61,790 bases of DNA. Origin: Paraliomyxa miuraensis (GTDB taxonomy: Bacteria; Myxococcota_A; Polyangia; Nannocystales; Nannocystaceae). The position numbers were made by a program, and so were the translations under genes. Positions 13,189 through 24,973 of this stretch are shown here, piece after piece. Below the pieces are notes generated by a model. That model saw nothing but the letters and a program-made list of their open reading frames with translations, was not told the origin of the DNA and made no database searches. How positions within the stretch are numbered: the first letter of the stretch is position 1; every line of letters starts with the position of its first letter. The stretch covers positions 185,015 through 246,804 of the forward strand of contig NZ_JAOVZF010000146.1 in NCBI RefSeq assembly GCF_026337845.1, given 5' to 3'.

Positions 13189-13734
13189 CTAGAGCGCTGA
13201 CGAGTACACCGCGTGCCGCCCCACGCCGATCCGCTCGAGCCGCCCGTCCTTGACCAGCGCTGCGAGATGGCGTCGCAGCACCTTGCGATCGATCCGGCAG
13301 TACTCCTCGATGTCGTCGAACGTCACCTCGCCGTTGCCCTCCACGAAGGGAAGGACCTGGCGCGCGCACTCCTCGAAGTCGACGCCGTCGTCCTCTTCTT
13401 CCTCGACCTTGGCCTTGCCTTCCTTCTCGGCCTTCTCGGCGTAGGCATCCTCGAGCTCGTCCTCGAGGATCCGACGCTTGCGACGGCGACCCGTGGCCTC
13501 GGCCTCGGCCCGCGGCGGGGCAAAGGCATCGCGCAGGTCTCCGAGCGTGATCTTGGCGAACTGGGCCCACAGGCCGCGAGACTCGAGGTAGCCGACCAGG
13601 TCGCCCAGCGTGACCGTGTCGGGGCTACGCAGCCCCTTGAGCGTCTCGAGGGCGCTGAGGCGCTCGAGCTCGTCGTAGGTGCCGGCGTGGGACTGAAAGA
13701 TTGCGCTCGCGTCCTTGCGCATCATCGGGCTCAT
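13189..13734 (-). CDS. Hypothetical protein with a K/E-rich acidic linker and a C-terminal winged-helix-like segment
   Basis: ORF 13189..13914. The internal ATG at 13734 ('MSPMMRKD...') is preferred because the upstream part is G/P/R-rich junk. C-terminus 'VTFDDIEEYCRIDRKVLRRHLAALVKDGRLERIGVGRHAVY' looks like a DNA-binding wHTH. Confidence 0.5.
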   Translation of the reverse strand: MSPMMRKDASAIFQSHAGTYDELERLSALETLKGLRSPDTVTLGDLVGYLESRGLWAQFAKITLGDLRDAFAPPRAEAEATGRRRKRRILEDELEDAYAEKAEKEGKAKVEEEEDDGVDFEECARQVLPFVEGNGEVTFDDIEEYCRIDRKVLRRHLAALVKDGRLERIGVGRHAVYSSAL

Positions 13735-14383
13735 CGGGTTGGACCTCGATCCCGCGACCACGCCCGCTTGGCGGCTCGCCCAAAGGATTGGAGGCTCTTT
13801 GTCGTGGTTTTGCAGGACCTCGGGCGCGGGCGTCGTGCCATCCACGTCGCTCCGCGTCCGAGCCTCGACTTCTTTGCGCCGACGATCATGAGGCATGCCG
13901 CCGGGGTGGTGCAAGTGCCAGTGAGCCGCTTCCCATCGACCCCCGATGGAGGGCCCCGGCCATCGAGGGTTGGCCCGAGCGGACCAAGGCTTTCCCTTAC
14001 AATGATTCGGAGGGTCTACCTCACGATCTCGTCACGACAGGAGGGGGCGGAGGAGATCTCCTTCCTCCAACCACCTGGGGGCGAAGCGGCGCGGTGAACC
14101 CGCTTGATCGGTCGTCCTGGGGATGACCGGGGGATGGTTGGTCGGGTCGCAGGCGGTGGAGCGCCGTGGACGATCCCGCGGCTTCGCGACTGCGCGTTCC
14201 ACCCCCTCCCCCGGGACGGCGATCGGCCGCCGCATCGACCTGGATTGCGGAGCCACCGCAGCTTCGGGGATGGCTCCGGGTTGGGGACAACCCTGTGGAT
14301 CACTTGGGGATTCGCGAGGGCGGCCCACTGGCCGAAATAGTGGATGAAATCGTGGCCTCGGGTCGCGCCAGCTTCTTGCGTGG

Positions 14384-14399
14384 CCACCATATCTTGTGG
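14384..14399 (+). promoter_or_regulatory. Candidate NrdR box (CCACCATATCTTGTGG) in the long nrdJ leader
   Basis: 12 of 16 positions match the NrdR operator consensus acaCwAtATaTwGtgt and the site is palindromic. It lies about 410 bp upstream of nrdJ in a locally AT-richer patch. I found only one convincing box. Confidence 0.3.
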
Positions 14400-14807
14400 T
14401 TTATAGGTCCCCCGCCCCAAAGGGTTGGGGGTGGCGGTGTTCCGGGGAGACCCGCGGCACCGGTGCCGACCAGGGCCGAGCAACTCACCCCGCTCGGTCT
14501 CGTCCCAAGGATTCGGGTCCTCCAACTCGGGTCCTGCGAATCAGGACGATCACGAAGGTCTCGCTCGACCAGAGGTGCCCCCTTCCTCTGGCCGGCTAGG
14601 CAACGGGTGTCTTCGCTTCCCAACGAGGCACCCCCTCCGCAACCGACTTTGGAGCGTCACCCACGCCCAGCATGCCCCCAAGGGGCCCCCTCGTGATTCG
14701 AAGTCGCTGCGGTCGCCGACTCAACCCCCGACCGATTCCCTCCTCCTCTTCCTCCGGCCCTCACCCCCGGGCCATCCGCTCGCTCGCCTCTTCCGGAGTG
14801 CTCCCCC

Positions 14808-17800
14808 ATGAAGGTCACCCGCCTGTTCACCTCCGATCGCGCCCAACCCTTCGAAGGCATCGAATTCGAGGATCGCAGCTCTCGCATCGCCAACCCCGAC
14901 GGCTCGGTGGTGTTCGAGGCCAAGGACATCGCGGTGCCCAAGGGCTGGTCGCAGGTGGCGGTGGACATCCTGGCGCAGAAGTACTTCCGGAAGGCCGGAA
15001 TCCCCACCCGCCTGCGCCGGGTGCCCGAGCCCGACGTGCCGCAGTGGCTGTGGCGCAGCGAGGCCGACGAGGAGGAGCTGACCGATCTTCCCCCCGACGA
15101 GCGCACGTGCGGCGAGCAGGACAGCCGCGAGGTGTTCGGACGCCTGGCCGGCTGCTGGACCTACTGGGGCTGGCGTCACGGCTACTTCACCGACGAGACC
15201 TCGGCGCGGGCGTTCCACGACGAGATGCTGCACATGCTCGCCACCCAGATGGCGGCGCCCAACAGCCCGCAGTGGTTCAACACGGGGCTGAACTGGGCCT
15301 ACGGCATCACCGGTCCGGCGCAGGGCCACTTCTACTGCGAGCCCCAGACCGGCCACGTGCGTCGCTCCACCGACGCCTACACGCGCCCGCAGCCCCACGC
15401 CTGCTTCATCCAGTCGGTCGGCGACGACCTGGTCTCCGACGGCGGGATCATGGATCTGTGGGTTCGCGAGGCGCGGCTGTTCAAGTACGGCTCGGGCACC
15501 GGCACCAACTTCTCGAGCCTGCGCGCCGAGGGCGAGCCGCTGTCCGGCGGCGGCCGCAGCAGCGGCCTGATGAGCTTCCTCCGCATCGGTGACCGGGCGG
15601 CCGGCGCGATCAAGAGCGGCGGCACCACCCGACGCGCGGCCAAGATGGTCGTGGTCGACATCGATCACCCCGACATCGAGAAGTTCATCGACTGGAAGGT
15701 GGTCGAGGAGCAGAAGGTGGCGGCGCTGGTGGCGGGCTCCAAGGCGTGCAATCAGCACCTGAACGAGGTGCTCGACGCGGCCCACGGTGCCACCGAGCTC
15801 CCCGAGGACCGGCGGTTCGACGCCCAGAGGAACCGGGAGCTGCGCAAGGCCATCCGCGCCGCTCGCCGGGCCCACGTGCCCGAGAACTACATCCAGCGTG
15901 CGCTCCAGCTCGGTGAGCAGGGCGTGACCCAGATCGAGTTCGAGGAGTACGACACCGGCTGGGACTCCGAGGCCTACGGCACCGTCTCGGGCCAGAACTC
16001 GAACAACTCGGTGCGCCTGTCCAACGCGTTCCTCGAGGCGGTCGAGACCGACGGCCAGTGGAAGCTGACGCGCCGCATCGACGGCCAGCCGGCCAAGACC
16101 CTGCGCGCGCGTGAGCTGTGGGACAAGATCGCGATGGGGGCGTGGAGCTGCGCCGACCCCGGCCTGCAGTTCGACACCACCATCAACGAGTGGCACACGT
16201 GCCCGGCCTCGGGGCGGATCAACGCCAGCAATCCGTGCTCGGAGTACATGTTCCTCGACGACACGGCCTGCAACCTGGCGTCGCTGAACCTCATGCGCTT
16301 CGTGGCCGAGGACGGCGCCCTGGACATCGAGGCCATCCGCCACGCCTGTCGGCTGTGGACGATCGCGCTCGAGATCTCGGTGCTGATGGCCCAGTTCCCC
16401 AGCCGGATCATCGCCGAGCTCAGCTACCGCTACCGCACCCTGGGCCTGGGCTACGCCAACCTGGGCACCTACTTCATGGTCTCGGGCCTGCCCTACGACT
16501 CGCCCAAGGCGGTGGCGATCTGTGGGGCGGTCACCGCGGTGATGACGGGCGAGTGCTACGCGACCTCGGCCGAGCTGGCCAAGGAGCTGGGCGCCTTCCC
16601 CGGCTACGAGCGCAACGCCGACTCCATGCTGCGGGTCATTCGCAACCATCGACGCGCGGCCCACGATGCGCCCAAGCGCGAGTACGAGGGCCTGGCGATC
16701 GCGCCCATGGCCATCGATGCCAGCGTCTGCCCCGAGTACCTGCTCACGGCCGCGCGCAAGTCGTGGGACGACGCGCTGCAGGGCGGCCAGGCCCACGGCT
16801 ACCGCAACGCGCAGGTCACCGTGATCGCGCCCACCGGCACCATCGGCCTGTTGATGGATTGCGACACGACCGGCATCGAGCCCGACTTCGCGCTGGTCAA
16901 GTTCAAGAAGCTCGCCGGCGGCGGGTACTTCAAGATCATCAACCAGTCGGTCCCGCGCGCGCTGGCCCACCTCGGCTACGGCCCCGTGGAGATCGACGAC
17001 ATCGTGCGCTTCTGCCGGGGCGCGGGGAGCCTGGTGGGCAGCCCCCGCATCTCGCACGCGCAGCTCAAGGCCAGGGGCTTCACCGAGCTCCAGATCGCCA
17101 AGATCGAGCAGGAGCTGCCGCAGGCGTTCGAGATCGGGTTCGTGTTCAACCGCTGGACCCTGGGCGACGAGTTCTGCACCAAGGCGCTGGGCTTTTCCCT
17201 CGAGCAGCTCTCCGACCCCACCTTCGACATGCTGTCGGCGCTGGGCTTCTCCGCCGAGGACGTGCGCCTGGCCAACGACTACGTGTGCGGCACCATGACC
17301 CTCGAGGGAGCGCCGCACCTGCGGGCGGAGCACCTGCCGGTGTTCGACTGCGCCAACAAGTGCGGTCGCTACGGCAAGCGCTTCATCGCGCCCATGGCCC
17401 ACGTGCACATGATGGCCGCGGCCCAGCCGTTCCTCTCGGGCGCGATCTCCAAGACGATCAACATGCCGGCCGAGGCCTCGGTGGGCGACGTCGAGGAGGT
17501 CTACATGGCCTCGTGGAAGCTCGCGCTCAAGGCCATTGCGCTCTACCGCGACGGCTCCAAGCTCAGCCAGCCCCTGTCGGCCGCCCTGCTCGGCGAGCTC
17601 GAGGACGACATGGAGGACGAGGAGGACGACGACGACGAGCTCACGGTGGGCGACGAGCCCGACGGGCAGCTCCCGCTGGTGGCGCTGACCACCAGCCGTC
17701 CCAAGGTGGTCGAGAAGATCAGCGAGAAGATGGTCTATCGCTACCTCGCCAAGCGCCGCAAGATGCCCGATCGTCGCGGTGGCTACACGCAGAAGGCGAC

Positions 17801-18590
17801 CATCGGCGGCCACAAGGTCTACATCCACACCGGGGAGTACGCCGATGGTTCGCTGGGCGAGATCTTCATCGACATGCACAAGGAGGGCGCCGCCTTCCGC
17901 AGCCTGATGAACTGCTTCGCCATCGCGATCAGCCTGGGCATGCAGTACGGGGTGCCGCTCGAGGAGTTCGTGGATGCGTTCACGTTCACCCGCTTCGAGC
18001 CCAACGGCCCCGTGCAGGGTCACCCGCACATCAAGATGTCGACGAGCATCATCGACTACATCTTCCGCGAGCTGGCCATCAGCTACCTCGGCCGTCACGA
18101 CCTGGCCCACGTGCCACCCGACGATCTGGCGCCCGACACCACGGGCGATGACGACGACATGGAGCGCGGGGTCGACTATCGCGACGAGGAGGTCGTGGAC
18201 GAGCGCGTGGTCGAGGTGCGCGAGACCGAGGAGGTCGTGGAGCAACGGGTGGTCACTCCGGGTCCTCTCAAGCTCACGGTCGCTCCGCCGGCGGCGGCGC
18301 TCCTGGCCGATGCCGAGCGCAAGCGCACGATCGAGTTCGAGGATCGCACTCAGGGAGACGCTCAGGTTCAAGCGGTGGCGGAGCCAGCGCCCGCGGAGGG
18401 CAACGGCCGGAAGGAAAGGCGTCGCGCGGCCAAGCTCAAGGCGGCGGCCAGCCTCAGCGCGGAGGTGTCCAAGGCGCGCGCGCAGGGGTATACAGGGGAT
18501 GCGTGCCCCAACTGCCAGAGTTTCACAATGGTCCGCAATGGCTCATGCCTCAAGTGCGAGACCTGCGGAAGCACCAGCGGGTGCAGCTAA
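14808..18590 (+). CDS. nrdJ: Class II (adenosylcobalamin-dependent) ribonucleotide reductase NrdJ, with a C-terminal Zn-ribbon
   Basis: 1260 aa with the characteristic NrdJ N-terminus '[66 protein letters not shown]', active-site '[18 protein letters not shown]', and C-terminal '[22 protein letters not shown]'. Confidence 0.95.
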   Translation: MKVTRLFTSDRAQPFEGIEFEDRSSRIANPDGSVVFEAKDIAVPKGWSQVAVDILAQKYFRKAGIPTRLRRVPEPDVPQWLWRSEADEEELTDLPPDERTCGEQDSREVFGRLAGCWTYWGWRHGYFTDETSARAFHDEMLHMLATQMAAPNSPQWFNTGLNWAYGITGPAQGHFYCEPQTGHVRRSTDAYTRPQPHACFIQSVGDDLVSDGGIMDLWVREARLFKYGSGTGTNFSSLRAEGEPLSGGGRSSGLMSFLRIGDRAAGAIKSGGTTRRAAKMVVVDIDHPDIEKFIDWKVVEEQKVAALVAGSKACNQHLNEVLDAAHGATELPEDRRFDAQRNRELRKAIRAARRAHVPENYIQRALQLGEQGVTQIEFEEYDTGWDSEAYGTVSGQNSNNSVRLSNAFLEAVETDGQWKLTRRIDGQPAKTLRARELWDKIAMGAWSCADPGLQFDTTINEWHTCPASGRINASNPCSEYMFLDDTACNLASLNLMRFVAEDGALDIEAIRHACRLWTIALEISVLMAQFPSRIIAELSYRYRTLGLGYANLGTYFMVSGLPYDSPKAVAICGAVTAVMTGECYATSAELAKELGAFPGYERNADSMLRVIRNHRRAAHDAPKREYEGLAIAPMAIDASVCPEYLLTAARKSWDDALQGGQAHGYRNAQVTVIAPTGTIGLLMDCDTTGIEPDFALVKFKKLAGGGYFKIINQSVPRALAHLGYGPVEIDDIVRFCRGAGSLVGSPRISHAQLKARGFTELQIAKIEQELPQAFEIGFVFNRWTLGDEFCTKALGFSLEQLSDPTFDMLSALGFSAEDVRLANDYVCGTMTLEGAPHLRAEHLPVFDCANKCGRYGKRFIAPMAHVHMMAAAQPFLSGAISKTINMPAEASVGDVEEVYMASWKLALKAIALYRDGSKLSQPLSAALLGELEDDMEDEEDDDDELTVGDEPDGQLPLVALTTSRPKVVEKISEKMVYRYLAKRRKMPDRRGGYTQKATIGGHKVYIHTGEYADGSLGEIFIDMHKEGAAFRSLMNCFAIAISLGMQYGVPLEEFVDAFTFTRFEPNGPVQGHPHIKMSTSIIDYIFRELAISYLGRHDLAHVPPDDLAPDTTGDDDDMERGVDYRDEEVVDERVVEVRETEEVVEQRVVTPGPLKLTVAPPAAALLADAERKRTIEFEDRTQGDAQVQAVAEPAPAEGNGRKERRRAAKLKAAASLSAEVSKARAQGYTGDACPNCQSFTMVRNGSCLKCETCGSTSGCS

Positions 18591-18660
18591 TCGCTTGCAC
18601 CGCGGCGGTGGAGCGCTAGGACGAGAGTTAAGAGAATCGGCAACTCGCGAGGGGGCACGG

Positions 18661-18690
18661 CGAATGGTCGCCGTGCCCCCTTCGCGTATT
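18661..18690. terminator. Bidirectional intrinsic terminator hairpin between convergent nrdJ and the 374-aa ORF
   Basis: Perfect 13-bp stem GGGGGCACGGCGA/TCGCCGTGCCCCC with a 4-nt loop. T-rich flanks on both strands (ttcgcgtatt on plus; ttgccgattctcttaactctc on minus). Confidence 0.5.
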
Positions 18691-18737
18691 GGCGCATGAC
18701 TGGCCGGGGCTCGCGGCTCGAGTTGAGTGGCGCGAAA

Positions 18738-19862
18738 TTAGTCTTCGGACTCGGAGATCACTCCAAACCCCCCAGGATCGCGCAGAACGTAGCGACGCCC
18801 CTCCTTGATCAAAGTGCCCATTACGCGCACGCGCCGGGCTTCTCGATGAGCAAGCATCGCCTGGGCATAGGCCTCCTGCGACAGCTTCATGTGCACCTTC
18901 GGGGTGCCCGGACGGTCCTCGATCGTAGCGATGAGAACGACGTCACCAGGCTGGGTCGGATCCGTGGCCTCTCGATCGAAGCTGGCAACGTAGCCCTCGA
19001 CCACCGTGCCCGGGGAAGGCGAAGACTCTCGCAGGACGCGGGCGATCTCGCCGAGTGGCTCGAAGACTCGATGGTCGAACGTCACCGAGCGAAACGGCAG
19101 GGACGGCGGTCTTCGTCGAGCGGCCCAGGAGAAGCCTATCACCAGCGTACCGCGACCTGGAGGGCGAAGCCCCGACAGAGCAGCCAGGAAGTTCGAACTC
19201 AAGCCCTTCTCGGCGCCTCTCAGCAGGTGCTTGTCGTCCCCCGCGCTCAGTGCCTCGGCAGCAATGTGCAGCGCGTTGGCCAGCATCGTGGTCACCCTGC
19301 GCGAGAACGGATCCTCGACCTCGGCATCCCCTACCTCGGGGGAAACGGGAACGAGTACGGGCGAGAGATAGCTTCCGATGCGCGAAGGTGCTTCGCGGCA
19401 CGAGGCGATGAACGCCGCGGGTTCCGAGCGAGAGAGTCGGGGATGGTGCGGCAGCGGCTCGATCACGGAGTGTGCCGTGGACAGCAGCAATCGCCTGCGC
19501 TCCTCACGAATGCGGATGCCGTCGTCGACCGAGATCGTACCGTCCTCGGTCTCTGCGCCGTGGTAGCGAAAAGAGAGCACGTCCGCACCCGGCTGGCCCA
19601 GCTCGAAGATGATGGCGCGAGCGGAGCGCTTCTCCACCAGGGTCAGGATCTCGATGAGCTCTGCGACTCGCCGGTCGTAGTCCACGAAGTCCTGGCGCTT
19701 GGGAACCTCGACCGATACCTGCCCCTGCGGGGTGGCTCGCGAGTAGCTCCAGTACGTTGCCGATTCGTTCTCGTCGTCGTCGACCCAGCCCGCGGCAACG
19801 AGATAGCGGCGTAGAGCCGATGGCGGCAGCCGTGCTGCGTCGCTGGCCCAATCCGGCTTCAT
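18738..19862 (-). CDS. Hypothetical 374-aa protein, partner of the upstream DUF4365 gene, with no recognisable domain
   Basis: Internal ATG at 19862 ('MKPDWASDAARLPPSALRRYLVAAGWVDDDENESATYWSY...') overlaps the DUF4365 stop as ATGA. No P-loop or obvious catalytic motif. Local GC about 60%. Confidence 0.55.
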   Translation of the reverse strand: MKPDWASDAARLPPSALRRYLVAAGWVDDDENESATYWSYSRATPQGQVSVEVPKRQDFVDYDRRVAELIEILTLVEKRSARAIIFELGQPGADVLSFRYHGAETEDGTISVDDGIRIREERRRLLLSTAHSVIEPLPHHPRLSRSEPAAFIASCREAPSRIGSYLSPVLVPVSPEVGDAEVEDPFSRRVTTMLANALHIAAEALSAGDDKHLLRGAEKGLSSNFLAALSGLRPPGRGTLVIGFSWAARRRPPSLPFRSVTFDHRVFEPLGEIARVLRESSPSPGTVVEGYVASFDREATDPTQPGDVVLIATIEDRPGTPKVHMKLSQEAYAQAMLAHREARRVRVMGTLIKEGRRYVLRDPGGFGVISESED

Positions 19863-20365
19863 AGGGGTTCCTTGCGGCTCACCTTCACCATGAGCGAGTG
19901 GAGCGCCGTGGGGGAGAGGACCTTTTGCTTGGGGATGCGGACGGTGGTGCTGTCCCTGGTGTCTTCGATGGGACCGCGGCCATGCAAGCTGTCCCAGTAT
20001 GCACATCGACGCAACACCAGGGACTCGGGTGAGTGGCGAACCCACTCGAGCTCTTCCTTGGGCAGCATGAGCACGACCAGGATTCGAGGTGAGCAGGCGT
20101 CGCTTCGCAGCTTGTCGTAGTGGCTCCTGGACAAGGACCAGGAGATGTAGTCATCGTGCACGTGGCGCTGATCGCTCGACGACTTCAGCTGGAGGTCGAG
20201 CTTCGGCCCAGCCAAGATCCCGCCTCCCAGGACGCCCGCAGACCCGATGGTGACGTCGAGGCAGTCGTCGTCCTGGCTCCAAACGCCGAGCTTGAAGCCA
20301 CAACGGGCGGCAATGGCGGCGACGTACGCCTTGCTGAGTTCCTCCCGTTGTTGCTCTGGTGTCAC
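19859..20365 (-). CDS. DUF4365-family protein (restriction-endonuclease-like fold), 168 aa
   Basis: N-terminal 'EELSKAYVAAIAARCGFKL...DDDCLDVTIG...LDLQLKSS' matches the PF14280/DUF4365 signature (a conserved acidic residue plus D..D..(Q/E)xK-like triad). Low-GC islet. Confidence 0.65.
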   Translation of the reverse strand: MTPEQQREELSKAYVAAIAARCGFKLGVWSQDDDCLDVTIGSAGVLGGGILAGPKLDLQLKSSSDQRHVHDDYISWSLSRSHYDKLRSDACSPRILVVLMLPKEELEWVRHSPESLVLRRCAYWDSLHGRGPIEDTRDSTTVRIPKQKVLSPTALHSLMVKVSRKEPL

Positions 20366-20460
20366 GAATGTGGGCTGCCTCGCGCCTCGGTGACGCGATC
20401 CTCTCGCAGCCCAACGTGAAGCTCAAGGCAACGCAAGGAGCACCCACTGTGGCCCATGGC

Positions 20461-21639
<1,179 letters not shown>

Positions 21640-22034
21640 CGCTGGGTTCGATGCCGCCTCGCGCTCGGACGCCGGGCGGTTCGGTACGGACGGACTGGTC
21701 GGTGCCGGTGCCGGAGCCATCGACCGCACACGAGGAGCCGGGGGCATCCGGCGGGCTCGAGTGGGCGGGGCGACATCGGCCATGGTCGTCCGCCAACTTC
21801 GCAAGCATCGTGCCCGTTGTCGTACCGAGCCGTGATCGAAGCGATCCAAGGGGTTGCGGCGGCGGATGGAGGGTGTAGCGCGGTCTGCGGATGACATGAT
21901 GTCAATCGTTCCCGACACGACTTGTCGACGTGTCCGCTCGGAACGAGAACGTCGCGAACGCGCAGCGGATCTTGCGCTGGCCAATTTTTGGACTCCTGGG
22001 GCCCAGGCGTGCTTGGAAGGTGGTCGGAGCAGCC

Positions 22035-22850
22035 ATGGCCATCATCGAGCTGAGCGACGTCACCATGACCTACGGGCGCGGCCCTGCGGCGCCGCCAGGC
22101 GACGCGCAGCGACGGGCCGCCAGGAAGGACGAGCGCCGGGCCGCGCTGCGCGAGGTGAGCGTGGCGGTAGAGGAAGGCGCGTTTGCGGTGCTGATGGGCC
22201 CCTCGGGGGCCGGCAAGAGCACGCTGCTCAAGCTGGTGCTGGCGATGGAGCGGCCCGACGAGGGCACGATCCGCGTGGCAGGGCGCGACATCCATCGGCT
22301 GCGCCGAAGCAGCATCCCGTATCTGCGCCGCAACGTGGGGGCCGTGTTCCAGGACTTCAAGCTGCTGTCCGATGCCTCGCCGCTGGAGAACGTGGCGCTG
22401 GCCCTGCAGGTGCTGGGCATGCCGCCGGGCGAGGTGAGGCGGCGGGCGGCTTCGGCCCTGAGCCAGGTGGAGCTGGATCCCGATGCGCATCGCCCCGCGC
22501 GGTGCCTGTCGGGCGGCGAGCAGCAGCGGGTGGCAATTGCCCGGGCGCTGGCGGGCGAGCCGGCGATCCTGCTGGCCGACGAGCCCACCGGCAACCTCGA
22601 CCCCCGCCTGACCCGAGAGATCCTGGATCTGCTGGCGCGGGTGCGCGAGCGAGGCACCACGGTGCTGCTGGCGACGCACGACCCGTTGGTGCTGGATCAT
22701 CCGGCGCTCACCCAGCAGATCCACCTCGAGCACGGGCGCCTGGTGTCGCTGCATCAGGCGACGCGGGCCTACGGTCGGTGCGAGGACGAGGACGGGATCC
22801 CGGCGATCCTGCCCGCCGCATGGCCCGAACCGGCGGGGGCGGTGGCGTGA
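22035..22850 (+). CDS. ftsE: Cell-division ABC ATPase FtsE
   Basis: Walker A 'GPSGAGKST', ABC signature '[15 protein letters not shown]', Walker B '[11 protein letters not shown]'. Stop overlaps the ftsX start (TGATG). Confidence 0.9.
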   Translation: MAIIELSDVTMTYGRGPAAPPGDAQRRAARKDERRAALREVSVAVEEGAFAVLMGPSGAGKSTLLKLVLAMERPDEGTIRVAGRDIHRLRRSSIPYLRRNVGAVFQDFKLLSDASPLENVALALQVLGMPPGEVRRRAASALSQVELDPDAHRPARCLSGGEQQRVAIARALAGEPAILLADEPTGNLDPRLTREILDLLARVRERGTTVLLATHDPLVLDHPALTQQIHLEHGRLVSLHQATRAYGRCEDEDGIPAILPAAWPEPAGAVA

Positions 22851-23788
22851 TGGACCGGAGCACGATGAGCCACAGCTTGATGAGCCGGTTCCGACCGTTG
22901 TTCTCGTTGGGCTACGTGGTGAGCCGCGGGCTGCGGGGCATGGCCCAGGCACCAGTGGTGCAGCTGTTGGCGGTGAGCACGATGGCGGTGTGCATGCTGC
23001 TGCTGGGCGTGGTGATGCTGGTGTGGAGCAACGCGCAGGGCATCGTGCATGCGTGGGGGCTGGACGTGCCGGTGACGGTGTACCTGGTGGACCACGCCGA
23101 GCCTGCGGCGGTGGATCTGATGGTGGAGCGCATCGGGGCGTTGCCCGAGGTGACCCGCGTGGAGCGGGTGTCGTCGGAGCAGGCGCTGGAGCGCTTGGCC
23201 GAGGGCCTGGGCGAGGACGGTGCCTTGGTGGAGGGGCTCGATCCCGCGGTGCTGCCACCATCGCTGGAGATCGAGCTGGCCCCGGGCATCGACCCCGACT
23301 TCGGGCACGTGCTGGCGGAGGGGCTGGCCGAGCAGCCGATGGTGGAGGAAGTGGCGGTGGCGGGAGCCTGGGCCGGCCGCGCGCACGATCTGCTGCGCAC
23401 GCTGGAGGACCTGGCGCTGGGCGCGGGGCTGCTGGTGAGCCTGGCCTGCATGGCGATCGTGTGGAGCACGATCCGGCTGGGGGTCTACGCGCGGCGGGCC
23501 GAGCTGCAGATCCTGCGGCTGGTGGGGGGCACCGATCGCTTCGTGCACGGGCCGTTCGTGTTCGAAGGAATGGTGCAGGGAGCGCTGGGCGCTGGGCTGG
23601 CCCTGGGCATCCTTTGGGTGGGCTTCGATGCGGCGGCGCCGTTCCTCGAGCGTGGGCTGTCGCTGCTGTTTGCGGGGGGTGCCTTGCGCTTCTTCTCGCC
23701 GCAGGAGCTGGCGATCGGCGTGGCGCTGGGCGCTGGGCTGGGCCTGTTGGGCGCTCGGGCGGCGGTCGGTCGCTACGCGGAGGTCTAG
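22850..23788 (+). CDS. ftsX: Cell-division permease FtsX
   Basis: 4-TM topology with a large first periplasmic loop. Lies immediately after ftsE with a 1-nt overlap. Confidence 0.85.
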   Translation: MDRSTMSHSLMSRFRPLFSLGYVVSRGLRGMAQAPVVQLLAVSTMAVCMLLLGVVMLVWSNAQGIVHAWGLDVPVTVYLVDHAEPAAVDLMVERIGALPEVTRVERVSSEQALERLAEGLGEDGALVEGLDPAVLPPSLEIELAPGIDPDFGHVLAEGLAEQPMVEEVAVAGAWAGRAHDLLRTLEDLALGAGLLVSLACMAIVWSTIRLGVYARRAELQILRLVGGTDRFVHGPFVFEGMVQGALGAGLALGILWVGFDAAAPFLERGLSLLFAGGALRFFSPQELAIGVALGAGLGLLGARAAVGRYAEV

Positions 23789-23794
23789 GACGAA

Positions 23795-24973
23795 ATGGCA
23801 CGGCTCGCACGAATGCTCGGTGCACCGCGGAGCCCTCGACGGGAGGGACGGAGGCGTCGGCTGGGCTGGGCGCTGGCCGGGCTCGGCATGGCGCTGTCGG
23901 TGGCGGTGCCCGTGCACGCGCGCGTGGGCTGGAAGGAAGCGGCCAGCCGACTCGAACGGGCGATCGACGCGGAGCTGGGCCTGACCCGGCAAGCGGTGGA
24001 TCTCGAGCGAGCGGTGGCGACCCTGGAGCACGAGCAGGATGGCGCGAAGTACGGGGCGGCCATGCTCGACCACGCGGGGCGCGAGAGCATGCGCAGGCTC
24101 GATGCCTATCGGGCCGGACGAGCGGAGCGCGAGCGGGTGGTGCGGCAGCGTGCCCGCGCGATGGCGAAGGCGGCCCGAGGGGGCATTGCCCGGATCGTGC
24201 TCGACGAGGGAGATGGCGATCGGGATCGAGCCGATCGGCTGGCGCGTGGACGCGATCTGCGATGGCTGGTGCGGCACGATCTGCGCGAGCTGTCGGCCTA
24301 CCAGCGCGCCGAGCTGCGCGCACGCAACGAGCTGCTCGATGCCGAGCGCCAGCTCCAGGCGCTGTCGGTGCTCGCGACGGTGCACGACGTGCAGGGCGAG
24401 CTCATCGGCGCGGCGCAGGGGGCCACGGGGGCGGCGTTGGCCCGAGCCCACGGCGAGCGCGATGCGCTGCTGTCGAAGGCGTCACCACGGGCCCGCGCGC
24501 GGGCGGCTCAGAAGACGCGCCTGGCCGAGCTGCGCGCGAGTCGGGACGAGCTCGAGCGGCTGCAGCACACGGGGGGCGAGGGGCTGGTTCGGCCGGTCCG
24601 TGGTCGGGTGGTGGGGCGGTTCGGTCACTACTCCGATCCGATCCTGCGCCTGCCCATGCTGCGCAACGGCGTGGAGCTGGCCGCGCGCCGCGACGAGGAC
24701 GTACGCGCGCCCGCGGACGGCCAGGTGGTGATGGTGGCCGAGCTGCCGGGCTTCGAGCAGGTGGTGGTGATCGATCTCGGCGATGGCCGACTGGTGATGC
24801 TGGGGCGGCTGTGGAAGGCCACGGTGGCCGAGGGTGATCCGGTGACGGCGGGTGAGATGATCGCGTCGGCGGCCCCCAAGGTCCTCGACGACGGGCTGGG
24901 CTCGAGCGTGTACCTGGAGCTGCGCCACGGGGACAAGCCGGTCGATCCGGCGCCGCTCTTGCGGCGAAGGTGA
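23795..24973 (+). CDS. M23/LytM-family peptidase-domain protein with N-terminal coiled coil (EnvC-like murein hydrolase activator)
   Basis: Signal peptide, long coiled-coil region, and C-terminal LytM block 'RNGVELAARRDEDVRAPADGQVVMVAELPGFEQVVVIDLGDGRLVMLG'. Canonical position after ftsEX. Confidence 0.8.
   Translation: MARLARMLGAPRSPRREGRRRRLGWALAGLGMALSVAVPVHARVGWKEAASRLERAIDAELGLTRQAVDLERAVATLEHEQDGAKYGAAMLDHAGRESMRRLDAYRAGRAERERVVRQRARAMAKAARGGIARIVLDEGDGDRDRADRLARGRDLRWLVRHDLRELSAYQRAELRARNELLDAERQLQALSVLATVHDVQGELIGAAQGATGAALARAHGERDALLSKASPRARARAAQKTRLAELRASRDELERLQHTGGEGLVRPVRGRVVGRFGHYSDPILRLPMLRNGVELAARRDEDVRAPADGQVVMVAELPGFEQVVVIDLGDGRLVMLGRLWKATVAEGDPVTAGEMIASAAPKVLDDGLGSSVYLELRHGDKPVDPAPLLRRR

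Noticed and set aside
13213-14525. ORFs of 294 aa (+) and 169 aa (-) inside the nrdJ leader
   Set aside because: Their composition is G/P/R-rich, they overlap each other, and they have no homology signal. I kept the region as regulatory or intergenic.
13735-14807. Cobalamin riboswitch upstream of nrdJ
   Set aside because: I looked for the B12-box and GCCACTG core and found only a weak GGTG...CCGG...CCCGC resemblance. That is not enough to call a riboswitch.
14721-18371. 1216-aa minus-strand ORF antisense to nrdJ
   Set aside because: Mirror-frame artifact of a long high-GC gene. It has no family resemblance and extreme Arg/Ala/Gly/Leu/Val content.
21640-21984. Longer N-terminal extension of the Ser/Thr kinase (starts at 21783 or 21984)
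   Set aside because: Third-position GC drops and the sequence turns Pro/Ala/Arg low-complexity upstream of MPPCLGRPADL. I kept ATG 21639 and noted the alternatives.
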